Virus record (IMG/VR): IMGVR_UViG_3300017700_000726
Span: 1-47,537 of that record
DNA length: 47,537 nucleotides
DNA from: a virus
Taxonomy: Duplodnaviria; Caudoviricetes
Direction: 5' to 3' (one strand)
The translations under genes and the position numbers were made by a program. This document shows positions 36,104-43,497 of this stretch, in pieces. The notes under the pieces were generated by a model. The model saw only the letters and a program-made list of their open reading frames with translations, searched no databases and was not told where the DNA came from. How positions within the stretch are numbered: the stretch's first letter is position 1; every line of letters begins with the position of its first letter.

Positions 36104-36170
36104 TCCCAGCGACGAGTGGCTGCAAAATGTTCGTTAACCTCCACCATACCTTCAGACAGGAGTCTTCCTC

Positions 36171-36521
36171 ATGCCACTCAATCTCCAAGCGTTCGTCCCC
36201 GTGCAAGTTGTTGTCGCCGGAAAAGCCTTTACCTATAAGTACTTGCTGCCAGCCGAGCACATTGCCGACCCTACTGTCGTCGGTATCGCCGTCCGCCAGC
36301 CGGTTGTTGTCGACTTCGGCACCAAAGGCCTGACCGTCGGCATCGTCGAATCGATCGGCCAAATCCCCCTGGACCCGAATGCCAAGTTCAAGTACAAGTG
36401 GATCGTTGCGCCAATCGACCGTTCGCTGTACGATGCTATCCTCGCGGCTGAAGCTGCTGCCGCCGGTTCGACCGCAGCCGCCCCTTCCATGGGCGCCATG
36501 CTGGCCGGTCTTCCAAAGTAA
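36171..36521 (+). CDS. Hypothetical protein, paralogue of 36823..37260
   Basis: AFTY...VVVD...PNAKFKYKWIV. Confidence 0.75.
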   Translation: MPLNLQAFVPVQVVVAGKAFTYKYLLPAEHIADPTVVGIAVRQPVVVDFGTKGLTVGIVESIGQIPLDPNAKFKYKWIVAPIDRSLYDAILAAEAAAAGSTAAAPSMGAMLAGLPK

Positions 36522-36569
36522 CCCCAAGCGGGGGCAACCTCTGCCCCCATTTTTCAGGAGTCCTTTACC

Positions 36570-36785
36570 ATGAGTGATGTCATCTTGTCCTCTATTCAAA
36601 TCTGGCGTCAAAAGGCCCGCGACGGCACTATCACCACGGAGGAAATGCGCCAAGCCATCGACGCGATTCGCAAGGACCGCATCGGCGCGCAGGTAGTTAG
36701 CACCACGAGCAAAGCAAAGACAGCAACGGCTAAAGCGAAGGCAGCGCCGATTGACTCGGATGCGATGCTTGATTCGTTGATGTAA
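36570..36785 (+). CDS. Hypothetical protein ending IDSDAMLDSLM
   Basis: AGGAG RBS, 71 aa. Confidence 0.75.
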   Translation: MSDVILSSIQIWRQKARDGTITTEEMRQAIDAIRKDRIGAQVVSTTSKAKTATAKAKAAPIDSDAMLDSLM

Positions 36786-36822
36786 CCAGTAACAACCAGA
36801 CAACCCCTTAAGGAAATTAGTC

Positions 36823-37260
36823 ATGGATAAGAATATTGCAGCACTGCTCCGCGAAGACGCTAAGACCATCTTGGTGCACTTTTCCGCCTCGACCTGGGAA
36901 AAGAACATGGCCAAGGGTAATGGACGCGAGGTAGACAATCGCGCCTATACCTACGTCACGCATCTGGAGGTGGCCCCAGGCGATTCTGTGATCGTGGATG
37001 CTTCGAACATCCTCAAAGTCGCCACGGTCGTTGAAGTTCACGCCGGCGTCAACATCCAGCCAAACGCCGACATCAAGTACAAATGGGTGCTGATGAAAGT
37101 GGATATGGCACCAGCCATTGCGAACGAAGCCCGCAACGATGAAATCGAAGCGGTTGTCAGCGAGGCGTACAAGGCTAACCTGCGCCGCTCGTTCGCGCAG
37201 CAGATCCTGTCCGGTGTGTTGCCTGAACAGCAGCTGAAGCTGGAATCGTTGCTGAAGTAA
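36823..37260 (+). CDS. Hypothetical protein, paralogue of 36171..36521
   Basis: AYTY...GDSVIVD...PNADIKYKWVL. Confidence 0.75.
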   Translation: MDKNIAALLREDAKTILVHFSASTWEKNMAKGNGREVDNRAYTYVTHLEVAPGDSVIVDASNILKVATVVEVHAGVNIQPNADIKYKWVLMKVDMAPAIANEARNDEIEAVVSEAYKANLRRSFAQQILSGVLPEQQLKLESLLK

Positions 37261-37268
37261 AAGTCATT

Positions 37269-37361
37269 GCCGGGGTCGTCTAAGCGTAGGACAGGAGCGT
37301 CACTCAGCCCACAAAGCGAGAGAAGGTATCTACAATGCAGGTTCGACTCCTGCCCCCGGCA
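37269..37361 (+). tRNA. Atypical tRNA-like element or pseudo-tRNA (anticodon unassignable)
   Basis: Acceptor GCCGGGG/CCCCGGC, D-arm-like GTCT-AAGCGTA-GGAC, T-arm GCAGG-TTCGACT-CCTGC; the central ~40 nt gives no canonical anticodon arm. Confidence 0.6.
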
Positions 37362-37396
37362 CCCAATAACAGCCATTTGCTTTATGAAAGCTAGCC

Positions 37397-38473
37397 ATGT
37401 TTGAAAAAGTTTACGAACTGCCCCTTTCGAAGGGGTACGTTAAGCATTGGGGAGTTGTGGAAGCTGTCCGTGAGCTGTTGCAGAATGCTCTGGACAGCGA
37501 CTCTCCACTGGAATACAACCTCAACCAAGACTACCTGCAGATCACCAGCCGTAATGCTCGACTGGAGCCGAAGACCTTGTTGCTCGGCACTACCAGCAAG
37601 GCTGAAGCGTCGGACAAAATCGGGCAGTTCGGCGAAGGGTACAAAATCGCCCTGCTAGTGCTTACCCGAGCTGGCTATCCTGTGCAAGTCCTCAACAACG
37701 ATCTGATGTGGACCCCAGGGTTTATCTACAATCGGTTGTTTGAGGATGAACTGCTCTGCATTACGGAAACCAAGCTCCCTACCAATAAGGGAAAAGGGGT
37801 TTCGTTCTGCATCAATAACCTCACCCCCCAGGACATCGAAGCCATTCGCAATTCCTGTCTCCTGATGCAGGAATCCATCGGCCAGGTCATCCACACTTCC
37901 TACGGCCTGATCCTCAAGGACAAGCCCGGCATGCTCTATGTCAAGGGGCTGTTCGTCTGCGAGACCGAAATGAAATTCGGCTACGACATCAAGCCCGAGC
38001 ACCTCAAGCTCGAACGCGACCGCCGCACTGTTACCAGTTTCGACCTCGCTTGGATCACCAAGCAAATGTGGTTTGAAACCGGCCGCAATGACGAAATTGC
38101 TGAACTCATGGAAGCGGATTCCCCGGACCTGCAATACGCCCAATACAACACGCCGGAAATCGTGCGCGAAGCCTGCTACCAGCATTTCATCCAGAAGAAT
38201 CCCAAAGCGGTTATCGCCGAAAACAAAGCGGACCTGGACAAGTTGGTTTCCTCCGGTATGACTGTCTATGTCGGCGGCTATTCCAGCAGCAACAGCTACC
38301 TGAAAACCGTCAGCGACAGCCGTTCGTACAAATCGGAAGTTGCAGTCGTGCACAAGACACCCGAGCAGGAACTTGCTGAATGGTACTCCGCCAACCGCAG
38401 CTTCATGCGTACTCCGGCTATCGTCAGCTTCAAAGCTTTACTCACCGCAGCAAAAACCTGGAGACTCAAGTGA
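37397..38473 (+). CDS. GHKL (HATPase_c) ATPase-domain protein
   Basis: AVRELLQNALD (N box), IGQFGEGYKIALL (G box). Confidence 0.8.
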   Translation: MFEKVYELPLSKGYVKHWGVVEAVRELLQNALDSDSPLEYNLNQDYLQITSRNARLEPKTLLLGTTSKAEASDKIGQFGEGYKIALLVLTRAGYPVQVLNNDLMWTPGFIYNRLFEDELLCITETKLPTNKGKGVSFCINNLTPQDIEAIRNSCLLMQESIGQVIHTSYGLILKDKPGMLYVKGLFVCETEMKFGYDIKPEHLKLERDRRTVTSFDLAWITKQMWFETGRNDEIAELMEADSPDLQYAQYNTPEIVREACYQHFIQKNPKAVIAENKADLDKLVSSGMTVYVGGYSSSNSYLKTVSDSRSYKSEVAVVHKTPEQELAEWYSANRSFMRTPAIVSFKALLTAAKTWRLK

Positions 38474-39537
38474 TTCCAATCTCTGAAGCAAGCGGCCTGC
38501 CCGATCGTGGCAGGCCGATGTTCCCCCACACTATCGACAGCACGATCCTGTCCGCATGGCGCTCTTGCCGCCGCAAAGCAATGCTGTCCTACGTCGAGCA
38601 CTGGAAGCCCCAATCCCAGTCCGTCCACCTCGTCGCTGGCGGCGCCTTTGCCTCCGGCATCGAAGCTGCCCGGATGAGCTTCTACGTCGACAACAAGTCG
38701 CCGGAAGATTCCGAAGCCAACGGCCTGATCGCTCTGATCAAGCACTACGGCGACTTCGAATGCCCGCCGGACAGCGCCAAGTCCCTCGAACGGATGTGCG
38801 GTGCGCTGGAATTCTACTTCTCGCGCTATCCTCTGGGCGATGACGGCGCGGACCCGATCACCCTCGCCAGCGGCCGTCGCGGCATCGAGTTCTCGTTCGC
38901 TGAGCCAATCTCGATCCTGCACCCAGTGACCGGCCAGCCGATCCTCTACACCGGGCGCTCGGATATGGTTGCACATCGCGCTGGCGGTATCTACGTCTAC
39001 GATGAAAAAACCACTTCCAGTCTCGGCGCGTCCTGGGCAAAGCAGTGGGAAATGCGTGGCCAGTTCACCGGCTACCTGTGGGCGCTGCGACAGCAAGGGA
39101 TCAAGGCCGCCGGCGCCATGGTCCGTGGCATCAGCATCCTGAAGACCAAGTATGACACCCTGGAAGTCCCAACTTACCGTTCGGACTACGAAATCGACCT
39201 GTGGTACAACCAGACCATTCGTGACATCCAAGCAATGATCCGTTGCTGGGAAGAGGGTTACTGGGACTACGCTATCGACGGTGGCTGTACCGAGTACGGC
39301 GGTTGCAGCTTCACCCGCGTTTGCAAGTCCTCGGAACCCGAAGCATGGCTGCCGGTGTACTTCGAGCGCCGTGTCTGGGACCCTCTTGCAAGGGCCGAAA
39401 CCACAGTCGCGGCGTATGAGGAATCCTGGGGACACGTCCGCAGCGACCCTTCGACACTGCCTGAAGTTAAGGCCCCGCAGTCCGACAGCCAAGAGCTGCA
39501 GGACTCTTTTAAATCGTTGTTCACGAAAGGAAATTGA
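38470..39537 (+). CDS. PD-(D/E)XK exonuclease, Cas4/AddB-like
   Basis: E-F..., GRSD, YDEKTT, QFTGY; N-terminal Cys plus CTEYGGC...C for a possible Fe-S staple; start GTG 38470 or ATG 38518. Confidence 0.8.
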   Translation: MIPISEASGLPDRGRPMFPHTIDSTILSAWRSCRRKAMLSYVEHWKPQSQSVHLVAGGAFASGIEAARMSFYVDNKSPEDSEANGLIALIKHYGDFECPPDSAKSLERMCGALEFYFSRYPLGDDGADPITLASGRRGIEFSFAEPISILHPVTGQPILYTGRSDMVAHRAGGIYVYDEKTTSSLGASWAKQWEMRGQFTGYLWALRQQGIKAAGAMVRGISILKTKYDTLEVPTYRSDYEIDLWYNQTIRDIQAMIRCWEEGYWDYAIDGGCTEYGGCSFTRVCKSSEPEAWLPVYFERRVWDPLARAETTVAAYEESWGHVRSDPSTLPEVKAPQSDSQELQDSFKSLFTKGN

Positions 39538-39538
39538 A

Positions 39539-39787
39539 ATGGCAACTGAAGCAACCCCCCGCAAGATCGAAGAAATGTCGCACGAATTCCTCGTCGAAAG
39601 CGTCCAGCTGCTGGAAGGCTACATGGCTGCAATGCTGCAAATGATCCTCCAGCACCATCCCTACATGGGACCGGCAGCAAATCAGATCAACGGCGAGTTC
39701 CAAGCTCATGCCGAGGCTCTGGAAGCCAAGTACCCGCGCAGCGAGCTGATCCTGCCGCCGGGCCTCACGATCGTCAAGCCGCACTAA
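39539..39787 (+). CDS. Hypothetical protein
   Basis: AAGGA RBS before ATG 39539. Confidence 0.7.
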   Translation: MATEATPRKIEEMSHEFLVESVQLLEGYMAAMLQMILQHHPYMGPAANQINGEFQAHAEALEAKYPRSELILPPGLTIVKPH

Positions 39788-39805
39788 CCCCAGCCAGGAG
39801 CCGCC

Positions 39806-40171
39806 GTGTCCAGAGCCAAAGCCATCGGGCCGTACCAGCAGCAATTCATCATCGATGGTGAATGGCTCGGCTCGGCTGCGCGTGCATCGGAAGTCATTAA
39901 CGATCAAACGCAGCCACCGCGCAGTATCGGGTTCGTGTGCCCGCATTGCGCGGAGATCTGGGCACGGTGTCCTGTGGCTTTGCCTGGCGGAGCCCCACAT
40001 CCATTTCAGTTCATAACGCATGCGTGCAGGAAGTGCCCTACGCCAAGCAGCCATGGCCGGGGTATCTACGGCTCGATTGTTACGAGCTGGAATGAAGAGT
40101 TTACCGAAGCGTTCCCTGATGCCGTTTGGCAGAGGGAATTCCTGCATCATCTTTCACTTTACAAGGAATAG
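39806..40171 (+). CDS. Hypothetical Zn-finger protein
   Basis: AGGAG RBS; CPHC and CRKC. Confidence 0.7.
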   Translation: MSRAKAIGPYQQQFIIDGEWLGSAARASEVINDQTQPPRSIGFVCPHCAEIWARCPVALPGGAPHPFQFITHACRKCPTPSSHGRGIYGSIVTSWNEEFTEAFPDAVWQREFLHHLSLYKE

Positions 40172-40173
40172 CA

Positions 40174-41037
40174 ATGACAAACGAAATTACCTCTGAAGGC
40201 AAGCCAGTCGATTCAATTCTGCATGGCGTAAACTGCCTTCTTATGGGGCCTGCGGGAACCGGGAAAACCACAGCCATTGGCACCGCAGTTGATGCCGGCC
40301 TTGAGGTCTTTTACCTCGGCCTCGAACCCGGCCTGGAATCCCTGCTCGGCTACTTCACCGACAAGGGCAAGCCGATCCCGAACAATCTCCACTGGCATCA
40401 GGTCGAATCTCAAAAGGCATCCTTCACGGAACTGATTGCGAACGCGACCAAAGTCAACACGATGTCGCTGGAATCACTGGCGAAGATCGCGGACCCCAAT
40501 CGTTCGAAGTATGATCAGTTCACCAAGATCCTACACGCGCTCAACGACTTCAAGGACGACCGCACCGGGCAGTCATTCGGCTGCACCGATACCTGGGGAC
40601 CGAACCGCATGCTGGTAATGGACGGCATGGCCGGTTTGTGCCGCGCGGCAATGGGGCTGGTCGTCGGCGGAAAAGCCGTCAGCAACCAGTCCGATTGGGG
40701 CATCGCCCAGAAGCAAGTCGAAACGCTGCTGTTCATGCTGACGAATCAGCTCAAATGCCACTTCGTGCTGATCAGCCATGTCGAGCGCGAAACGGATGCG
40801 GTGCTCGGCGGCACGAAGATCATGCTCAGCAGCCTCGGCAAAGCCCTCGGCCCGAAGCTGCCACCGATGTTTTCGGATGTCATCCTTACGGTGCGCGAAG
40901 GTACGAAATGGTCCTGGGATACGGGCAGTGCGCTGGCTGATGTCAAGACCCGGAACCTCAAAGTTGGGCAGGGACTGCCGGCGGATTTCGGGCCGATCAT
41001 CGAGAAATGGAAGAGCCGTGGCGGGGTGATCGCATGA
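40174..41037 (+). CDS. P-loop ATPase, probable Sak4-like recombination protein
   Basis: GPAGTGKT, LVMDG, DWG, VLISH; neighbours a nuclease and an SSB-like gene. Confidence 0.72.
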   Translation: MTNEITSEGKPVDSILHGVNCLLMGPAGTGKTTAIGTAVDAGLEVFYLGLEPGLESLLGYFTDKGKPIPNNLHWHQVESQKASFTELIANATKVNTMSLESLAKIADPNRSKYDQFTKILHALNDFKDDRTGQSFGCTDTWGPNRMLVMDGMAGLCRAAMGLVVGGKAVSNQSDWGIAQKQVETLLFMLTNQLKCHFVLISHVERETDAVLGGTKIMLSSLGKALGPKLPPMFSDVILTVREGTKWSWDTGSALADVKTRNLKVGQGLPADFGPIIEKWKSRGGVIA

Positions 41038-41378
41038 ACGTCGTTCAGGTAATCAAAAAGCATCTGGAAGAGCTGTACTCAGATGCGGCTGGGTACTATC
41101 CCGACGACGACAGCAAACGCGAAGGCTACAAAGACGGAGTAGCTGACGCATTAAAAGCTGTCGAATTTGCGATGAAGGATCTGTCACCGGGTGAGGATAT
41201 TGTCCGGGTTCTTCGCATCTACGAATTCAGCGGACCACGCTCGGCCGTTGAGAAGCAGGTCGCTGGTTCTATTCATGGCGAGAAGGAATTCTGCCGTGGC
41301 GGGGCAACGATCAAAGCTGTGACGCTGGGGCTGTATCCAGAGATTATGCATCCGCAGCCACCGGACGACGACGATTAA
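41034..41378 (+). CDS. Hypothetical protein
   Basis: ATGA-coupled ORF. Confidence 0.6.
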   Translation: MNVVQVIKKHLEELYSDAAGYYPDDDSKREGYKDGVADALKAVEFAMKDLSPGEDIVRVLRIYEFSGPRSAVEKQVAGSIHGEKEFCRGGATIKAVTLGLYPEIMHPQPPDDDD

Positions 41379-41419
41379 TTCCATGCGCGCGTTACTCGGC
41401 TGTAACGCGCGCGCAAAAC
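41378..41419. repeat. 42-bp dispersed palindrome, copy 14
   Basis: ATTCCATGCGCGCGTTAC-TCGGCT-GTAACGCGCGCGCAAAAC. Confidence 0.92.
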
Positions 41420-41442
41420 CCAACTCTAACTGAAAGCTCATC

Positions 41443-41889
41443 ATGACCGTAATAGCCTGGGACGGCAAGACACTTGCCGCTGACCGTCAATCTCAATGTG
41501 GTGACGGCATCATCGCAGTCACCAAGATCTTCCGTGTAGCCAATTGCCTTGTCGGGATTACCGGTGACCTGACCACCGGCCTGGAAATGAAAGAATGGCT
41601 GCGCAACACCGATCCCGCTCTCTTTCGTCAGGAATGGCGCAATCCTGACGCCGGTGCAGGGATGCTTGTAATCTACCCTGACGGCACAGCCTGGAAGTAC
41701 GAATCTTCCCCAACTCCGTTTCCACTGGAAGGGCCATTCGCCGCCGCAGGCTCCGGTGCCTCTCATGCTCTCGTGGCAATGGACTGCGGAAGTACCGCCC
41801 GGCAAGCCGTATTGCTGGTGCAACGGTACATCAACAGCTGTGGCATGGGCTGCGACTTGCTTGACCTCAACGGCGATCCGACCTCGTAG
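41443..41889 (+). CDS. HslV/proteasome-beta-like Ntn hydrolase
   Basis: M-TVIAWDGKTLAADRQ (N-terminal Thr), TKI, AAGSGA. Confidence 0.75.
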   Translation: MTVIAWDGKTLAADRQSQCGDGIIAVTKIFRVANCLVGITGDLTTGLEMKEWLRNTDPALFRQEWRNPDAGAGMLVIYPDGTAWKYESSPTPFPLEGPFAAAGSGASHALVAMDCGSTARQAVLLVQRYINSCGMGCDLLDLNGDPTS

Positions 41890-42043
41890 AACTGACAAAA
41901 ACAACTTGTAACCTGCCCTCACCATAGGCACTATACATTCTCCCTACCGCAGCGCCGGGTCCGGTCAATCCAAGTAGACCCGGCAACAACCTAGCCCTTA
42001 CCTAACCTAGCCCTAACCAGCTAACTTTTAAAGCGAGTCAATC

Positions 42044-42490
42044 ATGTCCTTCGATCCAGATCAGTTCCTGAACGCATCCATCACCGGTTCCAACTCCACC
42101 AAGGTCATTCCAGTTCCTATCGGCACCTACCAAGGCGTCATCGAGAAAGTCGCCCCGCGCCAGTGGCAGTCGAAAGACGGCACCCAGACCGGCATCAGCC
42201 TCGACGTATTCTGGCTGGTGGAAGACCAGGGCGTCAAGGAACACCTCGGCCGCGATACCGTCACCTGCAAGCAAGGCATCATGCTGGACACCACGCCGCA
42301 AGGTGGCCTGGATATGTCGCCGGGCAAGAACGTCGGCCTGGGCCGGCTGCGTGAAGCCACCGGCCAGAACGATCCGAACGTTCCGTTCAGCTTTCACAAC
42401 CTGCCAGGCCAGATGGCCAAGATCGACGTGAAGCACCGCGTCGATGGCGAGGATGTGTATGCGGAAGTCAAGGGCGTCGCGAAGATGTAA
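42044..42490 (+). CDS. Putative single-stranded DNA-binding protein (OB-like)
   Basis: PVPIGTY.GVI...LGRLREA.G...KIDVKHR...YAEVKGV pattern; downstream of the Sak4-like ATPase. Confidence 0.6.
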   Translation: MSFDPDQFLNASITGSNSTKVIPVPIGTYQGVIEKVAPRQWQSKDGTQTGISLDVFWLVEDQGVKEHLGRDTVTCKQGIMLDTTPQGGLDMSPGKNVGLGRLREATGQNDPNVPFSFHNLPGQMAKIDVKHRVDGEDVYAEVKGVAKM

Positions 42491-42524
42491 CTGGCATCTG
42501 TGCGTGTAGCACTGTCAGTGTAGT

Positions 42525-42740
42525 ACGGGAGGAAGGGCATGTTAGGCGTTCAAGGCTCAATCGCTTTAGAAGGCCCTTCCCTCGGTCGTGTAGAGCCAGC
42601 GGCCCGAGTCCCCTGCGTTAGTGGGAACACGTAGTAAAGATGTAAAGCAGCTGCGGCTGGCAACATGGGTGAAATATCCCTGAGCACTAACAGCCGTAGC
42701 GGACCTTGGAGGCCCCTGCCAATTCCAAAGTGGGGCACCC
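42525..42740 (+). ncRNA. Candidate structured non-coding RNA
   Basis: Gene-free interval with several helices and two possible pseudoknots; no family recognised. Confidence 0.35.
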
Positions 42741-42766
42741 AACAACAGCCATTAGGAGTTCCAGCC

Positions 42767-42991
42767 ATGTCTTTCCGCTTTCTCTTCGTTACCGTCTCCG
42801 GCGAAGTCTCCGGCACTAACGATCCCTCGCAAGTCGTCACCGTTTCCGACTCCGATACTGTCATCGCAATGATCGACACGCAAGCTGGTGAATACAGCAA
42901 CGACGACGACAGCGGCGTTCCCATCGAGCAGCATGAAGAGGCTGACTTCGATGAAGTCGGCGATGATCCCGTTGACGATATCGACGACTGA
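42767..42991 (+). CDS. Small very acidic protein
   Basis: AGGAG RBS; Asp/Glu-rich C-terminal half. Confidence 0.7.
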   Translation: MSFRFLFVTVSGEVSGTNDPSQVVTVSDSDTVIAMIDTQAGEYSNDDDSGVPIEQHEEADFDEVGDDPVDDIDD

Positions 42992-43031
42992 TCAGCAACA
43001 CTCCCTCCCCACAACTCTACAAGGAACTATC

Positions 43032-43346
43032 ATGATCCGTGGCACTCCCCTCCTGTTTATGCCGTGCTCGTCTCTCGGCCTGAACAATGGCCCCTTCGCG
43101 GCAACGCTCGCTTCCGTCAACGAAGACGACTCCGTGAACCTCAGCGTTATCGACGCCGCCGGCAACCAGTTTGCACAGCCAAACGTTTTGCTGCTGGACG
43201 AAGGCCAGCCGGCCCCGATCGATGATGTGGCATATGCTTACCATATCAACGATACGCCAAGTTCCATCGAGCCCCCACCGGCGGAAGAAGTACCGCCAGT
43301 CGTCGCCACCGGCGATGCCTCCGCAAAGGCTGCACCGAAAGCGTAA
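43032..43346 (+). CDS. Hypothetical protein
   Basis: AAGGA RBS before ATG 43032. Confidence 0.7.
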   Translation: MIRGTPLLFMPCSSLGLNNGPFAATLASVNEDDSVNLSVIDAAGNQFAQPNVLLLDEGQPAPIDDVAYAYHINDTPSSIEPPPAEEVPPVVATGDASAKAAPKA

Positions 43347-43497
43347 CACCCCAGGGCCGCTTCGGCGGCTTGTTCTCCCCAGTCATGAAAGCCATTTGGC
43401 CATGCAAGCTTGTCTCCCTGCTACGCAACATCAAAAACCATCTGCCAGGGCCTTCGTCGCTCTGGCTTTTTAACTTCCACTTTCGGAAACCCCCAAA

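Noticed and set aside
37268-37365. Selenocysteine tRNA (possible 8-bp acceptor, ~94 nt, TCA triplets)
   Set aside because: Neither TCA lies in a 7-nt loop closed by a paired stem, and there is no clean long variable stem.
389-41419. 42-bp repeats as a CRISPR array (a Cas4-like gene is present)
   Set aside because: Copies are kilobases apart, degenerate and not separated by uniform spacers; no cas1/cas2; solo Cas4-like nucleases are common in phages.
41988-42025. AACCTAGCCCT duplicate and telomere-like CCCTAA upstream of the SSB-like gene
   Set aside because: Only two short copies in a C/A-rich leader, which is too weak to call.
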